64,000 nt of DNA from Candidatus Dormiibacterota bacterium (GTDB lineage Bacteria; Chloroflexota; Dormibacteria; Aeolococcales; Aeolococcaceae), in NCBI GenBank assembly GCA_963713485.1, contig CAVQLW010000001.1, forward strand, positions 15,834 to 79,833, written 5' to 3'. Of this stretch, positions 57,361 through 64,000 are shown in pieces. The notes below the pieces were generated by a model that had not been told where the DNA came from, did no database searches, and saw only the letters and a program-made list of their open reading frames with translations. Within the stretch, counting starts at the first letter, position 1. The number at the start of each line of letters is the position of its first letter. Both the position numbers and the translations under genes were made by a program.

Positions 57361-57914
57361 TCACCGCCTCCGACCTGCGCCCCGGCGCGACCGTCGAGCG
57401 CGACGGGGACCTGTTCGAGGTCGTGGACTTCTCGCACATGAAGCAGGGTCGCGGCACCGCCGTGGTCCGCGCGAAGCTGCGCAATGTCACCACCGGGGCG
57501 GTGACCGATGAGACGTTCCGCCCGGAGGAGAAGTTCGGACGCGTCCGGATCGAGCGGACCGAGGCGCAGTACCTCTACAAGGACAACGACAATTACGTCG
57601 TGATGGACAACACCACCTTCGATCAGATCACGCTCAGCCCGGAGCAGCTGGGCAGCGCCGTCGACTACCTCAAGGAGAACAACTCCCTGTTCCTCCTTCG
57701 GTTCGACGACCGGATCCTCGGCATCGACATGCCCACGTCGGTGGTGCTCGAGGTGACGCAGACCGAGCCTGGATTCAGGGGGGACACGGCAAACGCGTCG
57801 TTCAAGCCGGCGGTCGTCGAGACGGGCCTCGGCGTCGATGTGCCGCTGTTCGTGAGCCAGGGCGACCGGATTCGCGTCGACACGCGCACCGGCCGCTACG
57901 TCGAGCGCGCCTGA
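57357..57914 (+). CDS. efp: Translation elongation factor P (Arg at the loop-tip position)
   Basis: MITASDLRPGATVERDGDLFEVVDFSHMKQGRGTAVVRAKLRN...GDTANASFKPAVVETG..V.VPLFV..GD.I.VDTRTG.Y..R. Confidence 0.95.
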   Translation: MITASDLRPGATVERDGDLFEVVDFSHMKQGRGTAVVRAKLRNVTTGAVTDETFRPEEKFGRVRIERTEAQYLYKDNDNYVVMDNTTFDQITLSPEQLGSAVDYLKENNSLFLLRFDDRILGIDMPTSVVLEVTQTEPGFRGDTANASFKPAVVETGLGVDVPLFVSQGDRIRVDTRTGRYVERA

Positions 57915-58300
57915 TGGAAACGCGCGAACCGGACCGGATGCAACTCCAATCCACGACCAACGGGCGTGCCTCGCTCGGGACCACCCGCGTCGCCAACGAG
58001 GTCGTGGCATCGATCGCGGCATTCGCTGCGCTCCAGGTTCCGGGCATCCATGCCATGTACCAGCCCGGCGCCAGGCAGCTCGACCGGATCGTGCGGCGCT
58101 CCCACGCGCATCGCGGCGTGAGCGTCGAGCTGCGTGACGACGCGCTCTACCTGAACCTCTACGTGGTGATGGAATCGGGCGGCAACGTGCCGGTCGTCGG
58201 CGCCGAGGTCCAGCGGCGCGTCGCCGATGCGATCGATCGCATGCTCGCCCTGCGCGTCGAGGAGGTCAACGTCTTCGTCAGCGAGGTCGCCTTCGCGTGA
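57914..58300 (+). CDS. Asp23/Gls24 family envelope stress protein (YqhY-like)
   Basis: LGTTRVANEVVASIAAFAALQVPGI...VSVEL.DDALYLNLYVVMESGGNVPVVGAEVQRRVADAI. Sits before nusB as in Bacillus. Confidence 0.8.
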   Translation: METREPDRMQLQSTTNGRASLGTTRVANEVVASIAAFAALQVPGIHAMYQPGARQLDRIVRRSHAHRGVSVELRDDALYLNLYVVMESGGNVPVVGAEVQRRVADAIDRMLALRVEEVNVFVSEVAFA

Positions 58301-58722
58301 CCCCCGCCGCCTCGGGCACAGGCCGGCGGCGGCGCGGCAGGGAACTGGCGCTCCGGGTGCTGTTCGAGATCGAAGGGACGGCAAAGGACCCTGACTTCGC
58401 CCTCCGATATCAGGGCAACGACCTGCGGGCGACCGCCGACGTGGTCGCGTTCGCGCGCATGATCGTGGGCGGGTGCGTCGAGCACCTCGACGCCATCGAT
58501 GCGGCGATCGTCGCCGCGATGGAGCACTGGAGCCTCATCGACCTCGGCAAGGTGGAGCGCGCGGTGCTCCGCCTCGGCACCTTCGAGCTCCTCTACATGG
58601 AGTCGACGCCGGTCGCGGTGGTCATCGACAAGTCCATCGAGCTCGCGAGGGCGTATGCCGGCGAGGAGGCCGCGCAGTTCGTGAACGGCGTGCTCGGTCA
58701 CGTCGCGCGGGAACGGGTGTGA
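58297..58722 (+). CDS. nusB: Transcription antitermination factor NusB
   Basis: RRGRELALRVLFEIE, ...VERAVLRLGTFELLY..TPVAVVIDKSIELARAYAGEEAAQFVNGVLG. Confidence 0.9.
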   Translation: MTPAASGTGRRRRGRELALRVLFEIEGTAKDPDFALRYQGNDLRATADVVAFARMIVGGCVEHLDAIDAAIVAAMEHWSLIDLGKVERAVLRLGTFELLYMESTPVAVVIDKSIELARAYAGEEAAQFVNGVLGHVARERV

Positions 58723-60035
58723 CCCCTGCCACGTGCACGGTCAGCGACCTCACCGCGCTGGTGCGCGATGCGCTCGCGGCACGTCCGGAGCTCGAGGACC
58801 TGCTCGTCGAGGGTGAGGTGAGCAACCTCAAGGCGCACGTCTCGGGACATCTCTATTTCACGCTCAAGGACGCGCGCTCCGCGGTCGCGTGCGTGTGCTT
58901 TCGGGCGAACGCCCAGTTGATCCCGTTCCGCCCGGCCGACGGCATGAAGGTGGTCGCCCACGGCTCGATCCAGCTGTACGAGCAGCAGGGTCGTTATCAG
59001 CTGTACGTGGACCGCCTCGAGCCGAGTGGCGTCGGTGCGCTCGCGCTCGGCGTCGAGCAGCTGAAGCAGCGGCTGAGCGCCGAGGGCCTGTTCGACGAGC
59101 GGCACAAGCGCGCCCTGCCATTGCTGCCGCGGCGCGTCGTCGTCGTCACATCGCGCAGCGGCGCGGCGTTGCGAGACGTCTGCACGGTGATCGCACGGCG
59201 GGCGCCGTGCATCGGTGTGGTGCTCTCGCCGGCGACGGTGCAGGGCGAGGGTGCGGCGGACACGCTCGTGCGAGCGCTGCAGCGCGCGGATCGGGTACGG
59301 CACGCGGACGTCATCCTCCTCGTTCGCGGGGGCGGGTCCCTCGAGGACCTGATGGCCTTCAACAGCGAGCCCCTCGCACGCGCGATTCGCGCCACGCGGC
59401 TGCCGGTCGTCGCGGGCATCGGGCACGAGACCGACACGACCGTCGCGGACCTCGCGGCCGATCGCCGGGCGGCAACGCCGTCCGCCGCGGCGGAGCTCGT
59501 CGCACCGAACGTCTCGCTGCTGCGGCGGGACGTCGCCACGCGACACGCGCGTCTTTCGCATGCGATCACCGGAGCGGTGGCGGCGCGGCGAGACCACGTG
59601 CGGATCGCCTCGCTTCGCCTCCGGCAGGCGCTCATGCAGGAGGCGTCGATCAAGCGCCGCGCGCTCGACCAGCAGACCTCCCGCCTCGCGGTCGCGCACC
59701 CGTCCCGTCGCGTCGAGATCGAGCGGATGCATCTCACGCGTGCGTCGGAGCGCCTGCACAGTGCGGCCGTGCGAGTCACGGTCGCGAGCCGGGCCGCCCT
59801 GGCCACACGGTCTGCTCGCCTCGCCGGGCTCTCTCCGCACCGGACCCTCGAACGTGGGTACTCGATCACGTCCGACCAGGACGGCCGGGTGATCACTGAC
59901 GCGGCGACCGCCCCCGCCGGAACCCGTCTGCGCACCGTGCTTCGGCATGGCAGCCTCGACAGCACCGTCGACGCCGTCACCCCCGAAGACGGCGAACAGA
60001 TGTACGATCCCGAGGACGGATCGAGACGCCCATGA
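58719..60035 (+). CDS. xseA: Exodeoxyribonuclease VII large subunit
   Basis: TVSDLTALVRDAL....LLVEGEVSNLK.HVSGHLYFTLKD, VVVVTSRSGAALRD, LLVRGGGSLEDLMAFN. Confidence 0.92.
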   Translation: MTPATCTVSDLTALVRDALAARPELEDLLVEGEVSNLKAHVSGHLYFTLKDARSAVACVCFRANAQLIPFRPADGMKVVAHGSIQLYEQQGRYQLYVDRLEPSGVGALALGVEQLKQRLSAEGLFDERHKRALPLLPRRVVVVTSRSGAALRDVCTVIARRAPCIGVVLSPATVQGEGAADTLVRALQRADRVRHADVILLVRGGGSLEDLMAFNSEPLARAIRATRLPVVAGIGHETDTTVADLAADRRAATPSAAAELVAPNVSLLRRDVATRHARLSHAITGAVAARRDHVRIASLRLRQALMQEASIKRRALDQQTSRLAVAHPSRRVEIERMHLTRASERLHSAAVRVTVASRAALATRSARLAGLSPHRTLERGYSITSDQDGRVITDAATAPAGTRLRTVLRHGSLDSTVDAVTPEDGEQMYDPEDGSRRP

Positions 60036-60361
60036 CACCGGTGGAGGACGACATCAGCGCGATGACCTATGAGGCGGCACTTGCCGAGCTCGACGCCCTG
60101 ATCGGCAAGCTCGAGGGAGGCAGCGTCGCTCTCGAAGAGGCGATCGGCGCGTACGAGCGGGGCTCGAAGCTGGCGCAGCACTGTGCCGAACTCCTCGAGC
60201 GCACCGAGCAGCGGGTCAGCCAGCTGGTGGTCGGAGCGGACGGCGGCATCGGCGAGCGTCCGCTCGAGGCTGCGGGGCCCCCGCCGGAGCTGCGTTCGTC
60301 ACTCGGGCCAAGCGCGCCCGCCCGAAGGGCGAGCATCGACCCCGCCGACGTGCCCTTCTGA
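60032..60361 (+). CDS. xseB: Exodeoxyribonuclease VII small subunit
   Basis: MTYEAALAELDALIGKLEGGSVALEEAIGAYERGSKLAQHC. ATGA overlap with xseA. Confidence 0.88.
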   Translation: MTPVEDDISAMTYEAALAELDALIGKLEGGSVALEEAIGAYERGSKLAQHCAELLERTEQRVSQLVVGADGGIGERPLEAAGPPPELRSSLGPSAPARRASIDPADVPF

Positions 60362-60381
60362 CCGCACGAATACACAGTAAT

Positions 60382-61185
60382 GTGGTATACATGGGAGCGA
60401 TGACAGCGGTGTCGCAAGGCCGGCGCGTCGACCTCGAGCTCGTCTCGCGAGGGCTGGCGCCGAGCCGGGAACGCGCACAGGCGCTTGTCGCCGCGGGTCT
60501 CATCGAGGTGGACGGCGCGCGCGCGGCCAGCGCCGCGCTCCGTGTCGGCGACGGCACCACGATCCGAGTCCTCGGCCGCGACCACCCCTGGGCCGGAAGG
60601 GGAGGGCTCAAGCTCGCCCCGGCACTCGATGCCTTCGGCATTGCGTGCGCCGGACGCACGTGCCTCGACGCTGGGGCGTCGACCGGCGGGTTCACCGACG
60701 TGCTCCTCGCGCGTGGCGCGTCGCTCGTCTACGCCGTGGACGTGGGGCACGGTCAGCTGGATCCGCGGCTGGCGTCAGACCCGCGGGTGTGCGTGATGGA
60801 CCGCACCAACCTCCGCATCCTCGAGACGCTCCCCGGCCCGGCGCCGGAGCTGGTGACCCTCGACCTCTCCTTCATCTCGCTGCGCCTCGTCATCCCGGCC
60901 GTCGTGCGCCTCATCGCGGACGGTGGCGCGGATCTCGTCGCGCTGTTCAAGCCCCAGTTCGAGCTCGGCCGCGGGGCCGTCGGCAAGGGCGGCATCGTCC
61001 GCGATGAGGCCGCCGCCGAGCAGGCGGCCCGCGACTTCGCGGGCTGGCTCGAGGCAGCCTTCGGAGCGGTGGCAGAGCCGCCGATCCCGTCGGCGGTCCG
61101 GGGTGCGAAGGGCAATCTCGAGTGGCTGATCGGAGCCCGCATCAGACACCTCGGCTCGCCCCCGCCGGACGGGAGCCGGGCGTGA
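60382..61185 (+). CDS. tlyA: TlyA family rRNA (cytidine-2'-O)-methyltransferase
   Basis: S4 domain RRVDLELVSRGLAPSRERAQALVAAGLIEVDG. SAM motif CLDAGASTGGFTDVLLARGA. Start could be ATG 60391 or 60400. Confidence 0.88.
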   Translation: MVYMGAMTAVSQGRRVDLELVSRGLAPSRERAQALVAAGLIEVDGARAASAALRVGDGTTIRVLGRDHPWAGRGGLKLAPALDAFGIACAGRTCLDAGASTGGFTDVLLARGASLVYAVDVGHGQLDPRLASDPRVCVMDRTNLRILETLPGPAPELVTLDLSFISLRLVIPAVVRLIADGGADLVALFKPQFELGRGAVGKGGIVRDEAAAEQAARDFAGWLEAAFGAVAEPPIPSAVRGAKGNLEWLIGARIRHLGSPPPDGSRA

Positions 61186-62084
61186 CCGCCCGGCGGAGCA
61201 TCGGCTTCCTGCTGCACCCCGGCGAGGAGGTGGCCGTCCAGGCCGCCATCGCGCGCGCGAACGCGTGCGGGTTCACCACCTGGACAGCGCTCGACGACCC
61301 GGAAGCTGCGATGGCCGAACACGGCGCGAGCACGGCGCTCCTGGTGACGCTCGGTGGTGACGGCACGTTTCTGTACGGCGCGCGCCTCGCCGCGCCCCGG
61401 GGAATTCCCGTTGTCGGGGTGAACCGGGGCCGCCTGGGGTTCCTCAACGACGTCGAGATCGGCGCCCTTCCCGAGGCGATCAGCCGTTTCGCGGCCGGTG
61501 ACTACACGACCCAGCAACGTTCCCTGCTCGAGACGACCGTCGGCGACGCCGCCGAGCGGGTGCTCGCCGTCAACGAGATCGTGGTTCGCGCCCGCGACGT
61601 GAACGTGGTGCGGCTCCGGGTGGAGGTCGACGGCGACCTGCTCGGTGAGTTCGACGCCGACGGCGTGGTGGTGGCGACGGCGACGGGATCCACCGCGTAC
61701 GCCCTCAGCGCCGGCGGCCCGCCGGTGGACCCACGAGTCCACGCGGTCGTCGTCGTCCCGCTCGCGCCGCACGCGGTGATCAGCCGTCCCGTGGTCATCC
61801 CCGAGCGCCTCGAGGTCAACGTGAGCGTCGAGCGCGGTCAGGTGTTCGTCGCAGCCGATGGCCGTTCGGTGGCATGGCTCGTGAACGGAGGCAGCGTGCT
61901 GGTCCGGCCCGGCCCCGACCTCGAGGTGATCCGGTTCGTCAACTCGCCATCGTTTCAGTCCCGCCTGCGCCAGAAGTTCCGCTACGGCATTCCGCACAAG
62001 GATCTGCTGCTCGAGCCGTTCGATGACGCCGCCTCCCGCACGCGGCGTGCGACAGCTCCGGGAGGGATCGATGGCCCTTCGTGA
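61182..62084 (+). CDS. nadK: NAD kinase
   Basis: LVTLGGDGTFL, GVNRGRLGFL, VVVATATGSTAYALSAGGP. GTGA overlap with tlyA. Confidence 0.9.
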   Translation: MTARRSIGFLLHPGEEVAVQAAIARANACGFTTWTALDDPEAAMAEHGASTALLVTLGGDGTFLYGARLAAPRGIPVVGVNRGRLGFLNDVEIGALPEAISRFAAGDYTTQQRSLLETTVGDAAERVLAVNEIVVRARDVNVVRLRVEVDGDLLGEFDADGVVVATATGSTAYALSAGGPPVDPRVHAVVVVPLAPHAVISRPVVIPERLEVNVSVERGQVFVAADGRSVAWLVNGGSVLVRPGPDLEVIRFVNSPSFQSRLRQKFRYGIPHKDLLLEPFDDAASRTRRATAPGGIDGPS

Positions 62085-63804
62085 GCTGCGCATCAGCAAC
62101 CTCGCCGTGATCGAGGAGGCCCGTCTTTCCTTCGACGACGGCTTCACCGTCCTCACCGGCGAGACCGGCTCCGGCAAGTCGATGTGCGTCAACGCGCTCC
62201 GCGCGGCGCTCGGCGGCCGCATCGACACCGATGCCGTGCGAGCCGGGAGCACCGCCGCCCGGGTGGCGGCGGTCTTCGACGCTCCGAGCCCGCGCCTTCG
62301 GGCGCGACGCGCCGAGCTGGGGATCGCGGACGACGACCTCATCACGCTCTCGCGCGAGGTGCCGGCGACCGGAAGGGCGATGTGCCGGGTCGACGGCGCG
62401 CTCGTCTCGCAGGCGGTGCTCCGCGAGTTCGGCGACCTGTGCGTCGAGGTGACCAGTCAGGGCACCAGTCATCGGATGCTGCGGCGAGTGTGGCAACGCG
62501 ACGTGCTCGACGCATTCGGCGGGGTGGAGGTCGCCGTGGCACGGGCGGCCACCGGCGTCGCGGTGCAGGCATGGCGCGGGTCAATGGATGCCGTCGCCGC
62601 GGCGCACCGGGCCGCCAGCACGGGCGCGGCGGAGCTGCAGCGTGCGCGGGACCTCGTCGAGGACCTCGGCAGCCTGGCGCTCCAGCCGGGCGAGGATGCG
62701 ACGCTCCAGGCCGAGCGCCTCCGCCTGCGTCACGCCGCTCGGATCTCGGCATCCGCGCTCGCGATCGCGGAGGCGAGCGGCGGCGATGAGCGGTCCGCCG
62801 CGGATGAGCTCGCATCGGCCATCGCCGCGGGCGCCGACCTCGCCGCGGTGGATCCGGACCTCGGGTCGATCCTCGAGACCGCTGATGAGCTGGTCGACCG
62901 GCTTCGCGAGCTCGCGCTCGATGCCCGGCGCCACGCCGACGCCATCAGCGTCGACGAAGCCCGGCTTGCGGCTGTCGAGGAGCGGCTCGACACGCTGACC
63001 CGGGTGACCCGGCGACACGGTTCCATCGAGAGCGCACTCGCGGAGCTCGAACGGGCCACGCAGCTGGTGACGAGCGTCGACGGTGAGGCCGGTCTCACCG
63101 AGCAGCTCGAGGCGGAAGCCGCCGCGCGCCGCGACGAAGCCGGGGCCGCCGCGGCGGTCCTCAGCAAGGCCAGGACGGCCGCTGCGCGCCGCCTCGAGCG
63201 GGCGATTACCAATGAGCTGCATGCCCTCGAGCTCCCGCACGCGCGATTCCGCGTCGTCCTCACCCGGAACCTCGACGTCGACGGTGTCGACACGGGCGAC
63301 GGGACCCCGGTCCGATGCGGACCGTGCGGGGTGGACGAGGTGGACTTCCGCCTCGCGCCGAATCGCGACTCCGTGCCGATGCCACTCGACGAGGGTCCGT
63401 CGGGCGGTGAGCTCAGCCGTCTGGCGCTGGCCCTGAGCGCCGTGATCAGCGAGGACGAGGCGCCCATCCTGGTGCTCGACGAGGTCGACACGGGTATCGG
63501 CGGTGAGACCGCGGCACGCGTCGGCGACGTGCTCGCCCGCATCGGAAAGACCCGGCAGGTGATCGCCGTCACCCACCGGCCTGAGATCGCGGCGCGAGCG
63601 TCAGGGCACCTCACCATCGCGAAACGCGATCGGCCGGGTGGACCCGCGGCCACAGCCGCACCGGTGGATGGCGACGGGCGCCTTCGCGAGATCGCCCGCC
63701 TCATGTCCGGCCGGCCGACCGAGGCGGCGCTCATTCGTGCGGGCGAGCTCTTGAAGGAAGGATCGGCCGCCGATAAGAGTGTCGCCGGCGTCCGTACCAT
63801 GTAG
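62071..63804 (+). CDS. recN: DNA repair protein RecN
   Basis: MALRELRISNLAVIEEARLSF.DGFTVLTGETGSGKSM. Coiled coil. PSGGELSRLALAL, ILVLDEVDTGIGG. Confidence 0.93.
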   Translation: MALRELRISNLAVIEEARLSFDDGFTVLTGETGSGKSMCVNALRAALGGRIDTDAVRAGSTAARVAAVFDAPSPRLRARRAELGIADDDLITLSREVPATGRAMCRVDGALVSQAVLREFGDLCVEVTSQGTSHRMLRRVWQRDVLDAFGGVEVAVARAATGVAVQAWRGSMDAVAAAHRAASTGAAELQRARDLVEDLGSLALQPGEDATLQAERLRLRHAARISASALAIAEASGGDERSAADELASAIAAGADLAAVDPDLGSILETADELVDRLRELALDARRHADAISVDEARLAAVEERLDTLTRVTRRHGSIESALAELERATQLVTSVDGEAGLTEQLEAEAAARRDEAGAAAAVLSKARTAAARRLERAITNELHALELPHARFRVVLTRNLDVDGVDTGDGTPVRCGPCGVDEVDFRLAPNRDSVPMPLDEGPSGGELSRLALALSAVISEDEAPILVLDEVDTGIGGETAARVGDVLARIGKTRQVIAVTHRPEIAARASGHLTIAKRDRPGGPAATAAPVDGDGRLREIARLMSGRPTEAALIRAGELLKEGSAADKSVAGVRTM

Positions 63805-63806
63805 CC

Positions 63807-64000
63807 ATGCAACGGGAGGAAGCGGGCACCGCCGCGATCACCGTGGACGCTCCCGGATTCCACGGGACCCTCGAGGAGCTGGTGGCGCGAGCGAATCGTG
63901 GGGACGTGAACCTGACCGAGCTGTCGGTGAGCTCGGTGATCGCTGAAGCGCGCGGCGCCCTCGAGGCGCCCGAGCGGCGCGGTGATCTCCGCGCGACCGC
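63807..64000 (+). CDS. scpA: Segregation and condensation protein A, N-terminal fragment (runs off window)
   Basis: MQREEAGTAAITVDAPGFHGTLEELVARANRGDVNLTELSVSSVIAE matches the ScpA N-terminal pattern (F.GPLDLLL.LI....DI..I.I..I). Confidence 0.65.
   Translation, partial: MQREEAGTAAITVDAPGFHGTLEELVARANRGDVNLTELSVSSVIAEARGALEAPERRGDLRAT

Noticed and set aside
58698-60181. Long minus-strand ORFs (446 aa and 394 aa) antisense to xseA/xseB
   Set aside because: They are antisense shadows with no motifs, and xseA/xseB are well supported on the plus strand.
1-64000. tRNA, rRNA, tmRNA, SRP RNA, CRISPR arrays
   Set aside because: All intergenic gaps longer than 60 nt were inspected by eye. None shows a cloverleaf-compatible acceptor/T-arm pattern, rRNA-like conserved blocks or regularly spaced repeats. 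Small structured RNAs cannot be excluded without covariance-model searches.

Overview
This window is a composite of two unrelated parts.

**Part A (1 to ~7830).** Moderate G+C, Acidobacteriota-like fragment. It carries a lipoprotein glutaminyl cyclase, an M23 peptidase, an ABC-2 permease, two hypothetical proteins, and a ~1150-aa CarboxypepD_reg-type TonB-dependent receptor. Nearly every gene is broken by single-base indels that sit in homopolymer runs.

**Part B (~7832 to 64000).** Very high G+C core-genome stretch of a monoderm/Terrabacteria-type organism; the lineage cannot be resolved from sequence alone. It starts in the middle of smc. Gene order: smc(3' part)-ftsY-[tetR-MFS]-ylxM-ffh-rpsP-KH-rimM-trmD-rplS-yraN-[SRPBCC-marR; dodecin and VOC on minus]-comM-dprA-topA-hslV-hslU-rpsB-tsf-pyrH-frr-uppS-cdsA-dxr-rseP-ispG-proS-[lysR-cysC-sat on minus]-rel-hyp-hisS-aspS-two mini membrane ORFs-rsbW-like-sigB-like-alaS-[ftsA-like ATPase + 582-aa bitopic membrane protein]-ruvX-aroE-A24 peptidase-PH-domain membrane protein-aroC-aroKB(fusion)-aroQ-efp-asp23-nusB-xseA-xseB-tlyA-nadK-recN-scpA(5' part).

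**Not found.** No rRNA, tRNA, CRISPR array, transposase or integrase.

**A/B boundary.** It joins the truncated 5' end of one gene to the middle of another, with an abrupt composition jump. It looks like a contig join or chimera, not biology.

**Frame breaks in part B.** Several essential genes (smc, rpsP, topA, alaS) and a dodecin gene carry +1 frame breaks. Four of these share the context GAGT[T]C.

**Best candidate for an undescribed system.** A translationally coupled pair sits between alaS and ruvX, where mltG would be expected. It consists of an FtsA-like actin-fold ATPase and a 582-aa membrane protein with a large ectodomain.

**Limits.** All homology calls are from motif recognition by eye; no searches were run.
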